Source: Sedimentisphaerales bacterium
GTDB lineage: Bacteria; Planctomycetota; Phycisphaerae; Sedimentisphaerales; Anaerobacaceae
Direction of reading: 5' to 3'
Length of the DNA stretch: 64,000 bases
Assembly: GCA_963708075.1 (NCBI GenBank)
Contig: OY970194.1
Location: 1,216,001 to 1,280,000 of the forward strand
This document shows positions 31,314 to 39,922 of this stretch, piece by piece; positions within the stretch are counted from its first letter, which is position 1; every line of letters begins with the position of its first letter. A model generated the notes under the pieces. The model did not search any database, was not told where the DNA came from, and was given only the letters and a program-made list of their open reading frames with translations. The position numbers were made by a program, and so were the translations under genes.

Positions 31314-31549
31314 TGAAAGAGCCTATACATGCTCGCAGGCAGTTCTTTCGCAGCATGCTCCGCAACGTGAGCCTGGCGCTGCTCGGAGTTGCCGGCGGCA
31401 TCGGCGTCACGAAGCGACGCAGGCTTGTGCGGCAGGGCACGTGCGTCAGTGGGGGGGTCTGCTCCGGCTGCGAAGTCTTCGAGGATTGTGGTTTACCCCG
31501 CGCGCTTTCGGCCAAGCTCGCGTCCGCGAGGATTCACGATGGCAGATAA
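31310..31549 (+). CDS. Small twin-arginine-like membrane protein with four Cys
   Basis: RRQFFR, hydrophobic segment, C-x5-C-x2-C-x5-C; overlaps both neighbours. Confidence 0.6.
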   Translation: MMKEPIHARRQFFRSMLRNVSLALLGVAGGIGVTKRRRLVRQGTCVSGGVCSGCEVFEDCGLPRALSAKLASARIHDGR

Positions 31550-32108
31550 CGGCAACAGCATAAATCGTCGCAAGTTCCTGCGGGAAGGACTCTGGGGCGC
31601 CTGCCTCGGGGGTCTGGGTGCCGCCGCCGGCCTGACCGCCGCCAGGAATAACCGGGACAACATGGTCTGGCAGATCGATCCGAACGTCTGTATCCAGTGC
31701 GGCAATTGTGCCACGTACTGCGTGCTGGAGTTGTCCGCCGTCAAGTGCGTGCAGGCGTACGCCCTGTGTGGCTACTGCGATCTGTGCACGGGGTACCTGG
31801 TCCCGGAGCCCACCGCATTGGACACCAGCGCGGAGAACGCCTTGTGTCCCACGGGGGCGATCAAGCGGACTTACGTCGAGGATCCCTATTACGAGTACAC
31901 GATCGATGAGGTTCTGTGCAACGGCTGCGGCAAGTGCGTCAAGGGCTGCCTGGCCTTCGGCAACGGGTCGCTGTTCCTCCAAGTGCGTCACGACCGCTGT
32001 AAGAACTGCAACGAGTGCGCCATTGCGGCCGCGTGTCCTTCCGGGGCGTTCAAGCGAGTCCCGGCGGACCAGCCGTACCTGCTCAAAGGAGTCGAACGGA
32101 CACAATGA
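31539..32108 (+). CDS. NapG/MauM-like multi-[4Fe-4S] ferredoxin with Tat-like signal
   Basis: NRRKFLR; CIQCGNC, CGYCDLC, CNGCGKC, CKNCNEC...CP. Confidence 0.8.
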   Translation: MADNGNSINRRKFLREGLWGACLGGLGAAAGLTAARNNRDNMVWQIDPNVCIQCGNCATYCVLELSAVKCVQAYALCGYCDLCTGYLVPEPTALDTSAENALCPTGAIKRTYVEDPYYEYTIDEVLCNGCGKCVKGCLAFGNGSLFLQVRHDRCKNCNECAIAAACPSGAFKRVPADQPYLLKGVERTQ

Positions 32109-33406
32109 CGCGCTGGGCCCGTATCACAGCTTTTCTGGTCGTCCTGCTGATGCCGTCTTTGAACGCGATGGGCGAGCTGCGCTTCCCGCCGCCGGAGTTT
32201 GAAAGCGGCTACCAGTTTCCACAGACGACGTCGCCGGCAGCCAGGGCAGCCGTTTATGAGTATATCGACGCGGCGGTCTTGCTCGCGGCCCTGCTGCTGG
32301 GGACGTATCTGATCCTCAGGAAGCGCAGCCGTCGGGCCATCTACGTCCTGATGATCTCCGCCCTGCTGTACTTCGGATTCTGGCGCGATGGGTGCATTTG
32401 TCCTATCGGCGCGATCCAGAATGTCACTTTGACGATTTTTGACAGCGGCTACGCCATCCCGATTACCGCGGGCATATTCTTCGTTCTCCCCCTGGTCTTT
32501 ACGCTATTCGTGGGCCGGACCTTCTGCGGGGCCGTGTGTCCGCTGGGGGCGATTCAGGACGCGGTGCTCATCCGTCCCGTCGCGGTCCCGCGCTGGCTGG
32601 AGAGCGGGTTGCGACTGGGGGCATATACCTATCTCGGTGCGGCGGTGCTCTTCGCGGCCATCGGCAACGCCTTTCTCATCTGCCGATACGACCCATTCGT
32701 CGGTTTCTTCCGGCTGAGCGGCAACTGGAACGTCCTCATCATCGGTGCCTCGCTTCTGTTGATCGGGCTGTTCATCGGCCGGCCGTACTGCCGCTTCCTC
32801 TGCCCCTATGGCGTTCTGCTCCGCCAAATGTCCCGCCTGTCCAAGTGGCGCGTGACCATCACGCCGAACGAGTGCGTCAAGTGCCGGCTGTGCGAAGGTG
32901 CATGCCCCTTCGGAGCCATCCGCGAGCCGACTGGGGACTGGCCACAAGGGGAGTACAAGATCGCCAAGCGACGGCTGGCTTTGTTCCTTCTTCTGCTGCC
33001 AGTGCTGGTTGCCGCCGGCGGCTGGGGCGGCTATGCCCTGAAGGAGCGATTGGCTCGCGTGCATCCGAGGGTCCGAACGGCGGAGCGTGTCTATCTGGAG
33101 GAGACGGGGAAGGTCGAAGGCACGACCAACGCCAGCAACGCATTTCGGGCGACGGGGCGGACCAGTGAAGAGCTCTACCAGGAGGCCACGGCGATTCGTG
33201 ACCGATTTGCTCTGGGGGGGGCGTTGCTTGGCGGATTTCTCGGCCTTGTTGTCGGCGGCAAACTCGTGGCTCTTTCCGTCCGACGCCGGCGCATAGACTA
33301 CGAGGCGGACCGGGCGGGTTGCTTTGCGTGCGGGCGATGCTATCAGTACTGTCCGAAGGAACGCGAGCGGTGGGACAAGGGCAAAGAGGTAATGGCAGGG
33401 CGTTGA
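32105..33406 (+). CDS. NapH/MauN-like polytopic membrane 4Fe-4S protein
   Basis: GRTFCGAVCPLG, RPYCRFLCPYG, CVKCRLCEGACP, CFACGRCYQYCP; multiple TMs. Confidence 0.85.
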   Translation: MTRWARITAFLVVLLMPSLNAMGELRFPPPEFESGYQFPQTTSPAARAAVYEYIDAAVLLAALLLGTYLILRKRSRRAIYVLMISALLYFGFWRDGCICPIGAIQNVTLTIFDSGYAIPITAGIFFVLPLVFTLFVGRTFCGAVCPLGAIQDAVLIRPVAVPRWLESGLRLGAYTYLGAAVLFAAIGNAFLICRYDPFVGFFRLSGNWNVLIIGASLLLIGLFIGRPYCRFLCPYGVLLRQMSRLSKWRVTITPNECVKCRLCEGACPFGAIREPTGDWPQGEYKIAKRRLALFLLLLPVLVAAGGWGGYALKERLARVHPRVRTAERVYLEETGKVEGTTNASNAFRATGRTSEELYQEATAIRDRFALGGALLGGFLGLVVGGKLVALSVRRRRIDYEADRAGCFACGRCYQYCPKERERWDKGKEVMAGR

Positions 33407-35133
33407 TGGCGCAGACAACGGAACAGACTCGTTCGCATGACAGCGATGTCCGATACCGGATGGTGCGGAACACGGCCACTATAGCCGCTGTTTTCTCAGC
33501 GATCTTTACGGCATTGCTCGTGGTCAACCTCATCGGCAGCGGCATCATCGGGCCGTGGCGGGAGAACAGGCTGGCGGCCATGAAGCTGCAGGTGCAGAAA
33601 GAGCCGACGAATCAGGAGCTCGTATCGCAGGTGCGCCAACTGGACCTCAAGATCCGCCGCGACAGGATTTGGCGGCTGGATTTCGCCCACAAGGCAACGC
33701 ACATGCTGCTTGGCAGCGTGATCGTCATGATTGTGGCGGGCGGGATCGCGGGCAAGATGAGGAAAGGACTGCCCCGGCCACGGCATCAGCCGGATGCGGG
33801 GCAGATGCAGATAAGAGAAGCAAAGCAGGCCCGGCTGGCGGTGGTTGGCGCTCTGGCAGTCCTCGTCCTCGGAGGACTGTCTGTTGCTATGAGTGGATGG
33901 GTGAGATTCGCGCAGGCTGGAGATTCAGGACCGGCGTTCGCCACCGCGGAGGAAATGCGCCAGCAGTGGCCCCGCTTCCGAGGTCCCGGCGGCGCGGGCA
34001 TAAGCGCCTACGCCAATGTCCCCATGCAGTGGAACGGCAAGACCGGCGATGGGATCTTGTGGAAGTCCAAGGTGCCGCTGCCGGGACGGAATTCCCCCGT
34101 GGTCTGGAAGGACCGGGTTTTCCTCTCCGGCGGGGACCCGAATATGCGGCAGGTATATTGCTTCGATGCCGCCAAGGGTCAGCTCTTATGGACGGGCGAT
34201 GTCCCGACTGTGCCGCTGCCGAAGGACAAGGAGCTGAACGTCATGGAGGATACGACCTATGCGCCTTCGACCGTAGCCACCGATGGCCGGCGGGTCTACG
34301 CGATCTTTCCCACGGGCGACGTGGCCGGGTTCGACTTCCAGGGCAGGCGGCTGTGGCACAAGAACCTGGGCCTGCCCGACAACTCCTATGGCTACGCATG
34401 CTCGCTGGAGACCTATGAAAAGCTCGTTCTCATCCAATACGACCAGGGCGATGGCACGGAAGGCAAGTCGCGCTTTATCGCACTGGACGGGCAGTCCGGA
34501 AAGGTCGCCTGGGAAGTGAAGCGCGGAACGCCGAATTCCTGGACGACGCCGATTATCGTCGATGTGGCGGGCCAGCCCCAATTGATCACCGTGGCCAAGC
34601 CGTTCGTTATCGCCTACAACCCGGCCAATGGCGTCGAGCTGTGGCGCGCGGAGTGCGTGGGCGGCGACGTGGCCCCATCGCCGATCTATGCCGGCAGTCT
34701 GGTTATCGCGATCGAGCCGTATTCTCAGGTGGTCGCCGTCAAGCCGACGGGACAGGGTGACGTCACGAAGACGCACGTTGTCTGGCACATGGAGGACAGC
34801 GGACCGGACATCTGCTCGCCCGCCAGTGACGGCAAGTACGTATATACGCTCGAGAGCAGCGGCCTGCTGCTCTGCTGCAACGTGGAAGACGGCAAGAAGG
34901 TCTATGAAATGGATTTGAAGGAGGAGTGCCGGGCATCCCCCGGTATCGTCGGCGACAAGCTGTACCTGCTCGATATGAAAGGGATCATGCATATCGCCCA
35001 GATCGGGCCCGAGTACAAGGAGATCGCAAAGTGTGAGCTCGGCGAGGAGTGTTTCGCTTCCCCCGCATTTGCAGACGGCCGGATTTACCTGCGCGGGGCT
35101 GAGAACCTGTACTGCATTGGCAAGGCCCCGTGA
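33406..35133 (+). CDS. PQQ-like beta-propeller with three N-terminal TM helices
   Basis: WPRFRGP; NSPVVWKDRVF; FASPAFADGRIYLR. Confidence 0.85.
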   Translation: MAQTTEQTRSHDSDVRYRMVRNTATIAAVFSAIFTALLVVNLIGSGIIGPWRENRLAAMKLQVQKEPTNQELVSQVRQLDLKIRRDRIWRLDFAHKATHMLLGSVIVMIVAGGIAGKMRKGLPRPRHQPDAGQMQIREAKQARLAVVGALAVLVLGGLSVAMSGWVRFAQAGDSGPAFATAEEMRQQWPRFRGPGGAGISAYANVPMQWNGKTGDGILWKSKVPLPGRNSPVVWKDRVFLSGGDPNMRQVYCFDAAKGQLLWTGDVPTVPLPKDKELNVMEDTTYAPSTVATDGRRVYAIFPTGDVAGFDFQGRRLWHKNLGLPDNSYGYACSLETYEKLVLIQYDQGDGTEGKSRFIALDGQSGKVAWEVKRGTPNSWTTPIIVDVAGQPQLITVAKPFVIAYNPANGVELWRAECVGGDVAPSPIYAGSLVIAIEPYSQVVAVKPTGQGDVTKTHVVWHMEDSGPDICSPASDGKYVYTLESSGLLLCCNVEDGKKVYEMDLKEECRASPGIVGDKLYLLDMKGIMHIAQIGPEYKEIAKCELGEECFASPAFADGRIYLRGAENLYCIGKAP

Positions 35134-37502
35134 GTCGTTTGTTGAGTTCTATGGACCAGTTGGATCTTACATTCGTTGATGAGATCGTCGGGAAGGTCGG
35201 CACCGGCAAGGAGAAGGTGCTGGAACTTCTTCAGGCGATTCAGGGCCATTACGGCTATCTACCGACGGAGGCCCTGCAGCGCGTCTGCGAACTGACGGAG
35301 ATCACGCCGGCGGCCATCGCGGGCGTCTCGACGTTCTACGACCAGTTTCGCCACCGTCCCGCGGGTCGTCATATCATCCACGTCTGCGTAGGCACCGCCT
35401 GCCACGTCAAAGGCGCGGAGCAGGTCTATGAGGAGTTCCGCCGGTACCTGCAGATTCCTGAGGGGGAGGACACGGATGCCCAGAAGCTATTCACGGTCGA
35501 GCGGATCGCCTGCCTGGGCTGCTGTACGCTGGCGCCGGCGGTGCAGATCGACGAGGTGACGTATGGTCATCTGACGCGGGAGACCGTCGCGAAGGTCATC
35601 AACGATTTTCTCCGGCTGGAACAGGCCCGGGCCACCGAGCGGCCGCGCCGCCTGCGGCGTGTGAAGCCCGGCGACCGCGGGGAAATTCGCATCGGACTGG
35701 GTTCGTGTTGCGTCGCACGCGGCAGTGGCAGATTGCATGGGGCTCTGCAGGATGCCCTGGCCCGGGCCGGCGCGAGGGTGCCGGTCAAGCGGGTCGGCTG
35801 CGTCGGCATGTGTCACCAGACGCCCCTGCTGGAGATCGTGCAGCCGAACGGGACATCGTTCCTCTATGCCCGGGTGCAGCCGGAGGATGCCACGCCAATC
35901 GTCCAGCGGCACTTTGGCGTGAAGGGGCCGCACCGGAGACTCTCCAATGCAATATCCACAACCCTGGACCGCCTGCTGACCGATGAGGACTCCGAGCCCG
36001 TCACACGGTACCCGATCAACGTGCGGGACCGTGGTGTGTCGGACTTCCTCGATCGTCAGATTCACATCTCCACGGAACACTGCGGCCACATCGACCCGAC
36101 GGACATTGATGAATACCTGCAGAATGACGGCTTCAAAGCGATGGAGAAGGCGCTGAAGGAGCTCGATCCCCAGGCCGTGATCGCACAGATCGAGGGCAGC
36201 GGACTTCGAGGCAGGGGTGGCGCGGGTTTTCCCACGCACCTCAAGTGGTCCGCCGTTCGCGCCGCTGATGGCGAGAAAAAGCACATCGTCTGCAACGGAG
36301 ATGAGGGCGACCCCGGCGCGTTTATGGACCGCATGCTGATGGAGTCCTACCCGTACCGGATTCTGGAGGGGATGATCATCGCGGCCCGATGCGTCGGCGC
36401 CCGTGAGGGCTACCTCTACATCCGCGCGGAGTACCCGCTGGCGATCAAACGCGTCACGGAGGCCTTGGAGAAATGCCGCGAGCGCGGCTTCCTGGGCAAC
36501 CATATATTGGGCACGGACTTCTCGCTTGAGCTGAAAATCGTGGCAGGAGCTGGGGCGTTCGTGTGTGGCGAGGAAACGGCGTTGATGGCGAGTATCGAGG
36601 GCCGTCGCGGGATGCCCAGGTTGCGGCCGCCGTTCCCGGCGCAGAAGGGTCTCTGGGGATGGCCGACGCTGATCAACAACGTGGAGACGTACGCCGCCGT
36701 GCCCTGGATCCTTCGCAACGGAGCGGAGGCGTTCGCCCGAATCGGGACAGGCCGGAGCAGGGGTACGAAGGTCTTTGCCCTGGCCGGCAAGGTGGCCCGG
36801 GGCGGCCTGATCGAGGTGCCTATGGGCATTTCGGTCGGCCAGATTGTCGAAGAGATCGGCGGGGGCATCGCGGGCGGGCTGAAATTCAAGGCCGTGCAGG
36901 TGGGCGGTCCCTCCGGCGGATGCATCCCGGCGACGAGGGACAACCTGTCCGTGGATTACGAGACGCTCACGGAGGCCGGGGCGATGATGGGCTCCGGCGG
37001 CCTGGTCGTGCTCGATGAGACCGACTGCATGGTCGATATCGCGAGATACTTCCTTCAGTTCACGCAAAACCAATCCTGTGGCAAGTGCACGTTCTGCCGG
37101 GTGGGAACTCGCCGGATGCTGGACATCCTCGACCGGCTGTGTATTGGCAAGGGCGAGGCGGCGGACCTCGAAGAACTCGAACACTTGGCAAAAATCATCA
37201 AGCAGGGCAGTCTCTGCGGGCTGGGCAAGACGGCCCCAAACCCGGTCCTTTCGACGATGCGGTACTTCCGCGACGAGTATGAGGCGCATGTCCAGGGACG
37301 CTGCCCGGCTCGCAAGTGCAAGGCTCTGATCAAGTACACCATCACGGATGCCTGCATTGGCTGCACGCTTTGCGCCCAGCACTGCCCGACGGAGGCCATT
37401 GAAATGAAGCCGTACGAGAAACACGAGGTCATAGACGAGAAGTGCACGCGGTGCGGGACATGCAAAGTCGTCTGTCCCTCCGATGCGGTTCGAGTGGAAT
37501 AG
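35130..37502 (+). CDS. NuoE/NuoF (HydC/HydB-like) fusion, NAD(H)-linked flavo-iron-sulfur subunit
   Basis: CVGTAC..CLGCC; second thioredoxin-like 2Fe-2S; GRGGAGF; DEGDPGAFMD; GGPSG; SCGKCTFC; C-terminal 2x[4Fe-4S]. Confidence 0.9.
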   Translation: MSRLLSSMDQLDLTFVDEIVGKVGTGKEKVLELLQAIQGHYGYLPTEALQRVCELTEITPAAIAGVSTFYDQFRHRPAGRHIIHVCVGTACHVKGAEQVYEEFRRYLQIPEGEDTDAQKLFTVERIACLGCCTLAPAVQIDEVTYGHLTRETVAKVINDFLRLEQARATERPRRLRRVKPGDRGEIRIGLGSCCVARGSGRLHGALQDALARAGARVPVKRVGCVGMCHQTPLLEIVQPNGTSFLYARVQPEDATPIVQRHFGVKGPHRRLSNAISTTLDRLLTDEDSEPVTRYPINVRDRGVSDFLDRQIHISTEHCGHIDPTDIDEYLQNDGFKAMEKALKELDPQAVIAQIEGSGLRGRGGAGFPTHLKWSAVRAADGEKKHIVCNGDEGDPGAFMDRMLMESYPYRILEGMIIAARCVGAREGYLYIRAEYPLAIKRVTEALEKCRERGFLGNHILGTDFSLELKIVAGAGAFVCGEETALMASIEGRRGMPRLRPPFPAQKGLWGWPTLINNVETYAAVPWILRNGAEAFARIGTGRSRGTKVFALAGKVARGGLIEVPMGISVGQIVEEIGGGIAGGLKFKAVQVGGPSGGCIPATRDNLSVDYETLTEAGAMMGSGGLVVLDETDCMVDIARYFLQFTQNQSCGKCTFCRVGTRRMLDILDRLCIGKGEAADLEELEHLAKIIKQGSLCGLGKTAPNPVLSTMRYFRDEYEAHVQGRCPARKCKALIKYTITDACIGCTLCAQHCPTEAIEMKPYEKHEVIDEKCTRCGTCKVVCPSDAVRVE

Positions 37503-37504
37503 CC

Positions 37505-39076
37505 ATGCCAAAGATCACGATAGACGGCCGCGAAGTGCAAGTCCCTGTCGGCGCGACAATCCTCGACGCCGCGGAGAAGCTCGGGATCTCAATCCCGACG
37601 ATGTGCCACCTGCGCGGCCATGAGGCGGCAACGAGCTGCATGGTGTGCGTGGTCAAGGTGGTGGGCGTGAACGGCCTCGTGCCGGCCTGCGGCGCCCTCG
37701 TCCGGGACGAGATGCAGGTCCAGAGCGATTGTCCGGAAGTGCTTGAGGCGAGGAAAGCGGCGATTGAGCTGCTGTTGAGCGATCACGTGGGCGATTGCGT
37801 GGGTCCCTGCCAGATGGGTTGCCCGGCTCACATGAATATCCCGCAGATGATTCGCCAGATCGCGGCGGGCCAGTTGAAGGACGCCATCGCCACTGTCAAG
37901 CGCGACATCGCCCTGCCGGCGGTGCTGGGTCGAATCTGTCCCGCCCCGTGCGAGAAAGCTTGCCGGCGCAGGCAGCACGACGAGGCAGTCTCCATCTGCC
38001 TGTTGAAACGATATGTTGCCGACATGGACCTGCAATCGGCTGCGCCCTTCATTCCGGCGTTGTCGCCAAAGCGGGAAAAGCGTGTCGCGATCATAGGGGC
38101 CGGTCCTGCGGGTCTGGCTGCGGCCTTCTACCTGCAGCAAGACGGTTTCAATTGCACCATTTTCGATGACCATGACGAGCCCGGCGGTATGCTCCGCTAC
38201 GGCGTGCCGGAGGAGAACCTGCCTCGTGACGTGCTGAAGGCCGAGATCGCACAGATTGCGAGACTCGGTGTGACATTCCAATTCGGCACACGCGTCGGTG
38301 CCACTGTGCCGATGGAAAGAATCCGCAATCGGTTCGATGCCGTTTTCATCGCCGCCGGCGAGTCGCAGGCCGATGACCTTGCCTCCCTCGGCGTCGATGT
38401 GTCACCCGAAGGTGTCAAAGTCGATGGTCACACGAGCATGACAAGCGTCCCCGGGGTCTTCGCGGGCGGCGCTGTTGTGCGAAAGCATCGATTGACCGTA
38501 CGTGCAGTTGCCGACGGCAAGGCGGCGGCGGAATCCATCCATCGATACTTGACCGGCGAACGGGCGATTGAAGTCGGACGAGCGTTCAACAGCCGGATGG
38601 GCAAGCTCCAGGAGGGGGAAATGGAGGTCTTTCTGCGTTCAGCCAGTGGTGAAGCCAGGCGCAAGCCCTCCAGTTACACCGGCGGCTTTGGCGAGGAGGA
38701 GGCACGTGCGGAGTCCCTTCGTTGCCTGCATTGTGACTGTCGCAAGCTGGATGACTGCCTGCTGAGGCAATATGCACAAGCGTACGATGCTCGGCAGGCG
38801 AGATACAAGGCCGACCGGCGGCGATTCATCCAGCGGACCGAGCATCCGGAGATCATCTACGAGCCGGGCAAATGCATCAGTTGTGGCATCTGCATCCAGA
38901 TTGCCTCCGCGTTCAAGGAGAAGCTCGGCCTGACGTTCATCGGCCGCGGCTTCGACGTGCGCGTCGCCGTGCCGTTCGACGCCTCCCTGGCTCAGGGCCT
39001 GCAGATCGCCGCGGCACAATGTGTCCAAGCCTGTCCCACCGGCGCGCTGGCCTTTAAGGAGCATCGCGAGCCCTAA
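37505..39076 (+). CDS. 2Fe-2S / GltD-like FAD / 4Fe-4S oxidoreductase subunit
   Basis: IPTMC..SCMVC..PAC; PCQMGCP; GRICPAPCE; IIGAGPAG; GVFAGG; RCLHCDC; CISCGIC..CVQACP. Confidence 0.85.
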   Translation: MPKITIDGREVQVPVGATILDAAEKLGISIPTMCHLRGHEAATSCMVCVVKVVGVNGLVPACGALVRDEMQVQSDCPEVLEARKAAIELLLSDHVGDCVGPCQMGCPAHMNIPQMIRQIAAGQLKDAIATVKRDIALPAVLGRICPAPCEKACRRRQHDEAVSICLLKRYVADMDLQSAAPFIPALSPKREKRVAIIGAGPAGLAAAFYLQQDGFNCTIFDDHDEPGGMLRYGVPEENLPRDVLKAEIAQIARLGVTFQFGTRVGATVPMERIRNRFDAVFIAAGESQADDLASLGVDVSPEGVKVDGHTSMTSVPGVFAGGAVVRKHRLTVRAVADGKAAAESIHRYLTGERAIEVGRAFNSRMGKLQEGEMEVFLRSASGEARRKPSSYTGGFGEEEARAESLRCLHCDCRKLDDCLLRQYAQAYDARQARYKADRRRFIQRTEHPEIIYEPGKCISCGICIQIASAFKEKLGLTFIGRGFDVRVAVPFDASLAQGLQIAAAQCVQACPTGALAFKEHREP

Positions 39077-39777
39077 GCAGGCCGGGCCATTCGCAGGGCG
39101 ACCTCGGCGACGCGTCGGCCGAGGGCTTTTGTTGTCGTCATGCCGTACTCGTCTTTGAGCACACCACCCTCGGCGCCGCTCCAGACGGTTCCGCCGAGGC
39201 GCGAGCTGGGCCGGCCGTTGCCGACAATGACCATTTCCTGGCAGTGAAGGGACATTTGCACCGACTGGATTGTCGCCTCCTGGCCGCCATTGCGCGAGCC
39301 GCCCACCGCCACGACCCCGGCCGCCTTGTTGCTCAACACGTAGTCAGGGTGATAGAGGACGATGCACCGCTCCAGAAAGGCCTTGCACAGCGAGCTCATG
39401 TTGCCGAAGTAGACGGGCGTGCCGATGATGATACCACCTACCTTCGGGTCCTTGAGTCTGGGCACGAGTGTCGGAAAGTCATCCCGTTCACCCTCTCCCA
39501 GGGGGACGCCCGCGGCGACATTGCCATTGATCCTCAGCCCGGCTAACTCGATCAACTCAGTTTCGATCCTCGGGCTGACTTCCTTCGCCGCATCGAGGGA
39601 AACCTGCAACGCAGCGGCTGTGGTTTTGCCTTTGCGGGGACTGCACGAGATGGCGATGATTCTGACCTTGTCATCTGATGAACCTGCGGCCGAGGCCATC
39701 GGTCCGGCAACGGCGGAAACGGCGGCACCGGCAACCATGGAACTCCTGACGAAATCGCGACGCGTGACATCTCTCAT
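39073..39777 (-). CDS. Flavodoxin-fold (NADPH-dependent FMN reductase-like) protein with Tat-like signal
   Basis: TRRDFVR; SCSPRKGKTT; GTPVYFG; GGSRNGGQE. Confidence 0.8.
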   Translation of the reverse strand: MRDVTRRDFVRSSMVAGAAVSAVAGPMASAAGSSDDKVRIIAISCSPRKGKTTAAALQVSLDAAKEVSPRIETELIELAGLRINGNVAAGVPLGEGERDDFPTLVPRLKDPKVGGIIIGTPVYFGNMSSLCKAFLERCIVLYHPDYVLSNKAAGVVAVGGSRNGGQEATIQSVQMSLHCQEMVIVGNGRPSSRLGGTVWSGAEGGVLKDEYGMTTTKALGRRVAEVALRMARPA

Positions 39778-39922
39778 GAATATCTCCTCTTCACAATTTG
39801 GTGAACTGTTATTGCCGGGACAAGTATATATGGCTACTATGGATTTGAACAGGCTGACAGGCTTGGAATATACTCCTGAAGGCGTAAGTCCGTGTGAATA
39901 CTGAAGTTCAGAAAGGGTTGGC

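Noticed and set aside
35130..39076. Respiratory complex I, [FeFe]-hydrogenase or glutamate synthase
   Set aside because: No other nuo genes, no H-cluster motifs, no gltB
39871..39886. CsoR-like operator TACTCC-N4-GGCGTA
   Set aside because: Short, imperfect, single instance with no cognate regulator nearby
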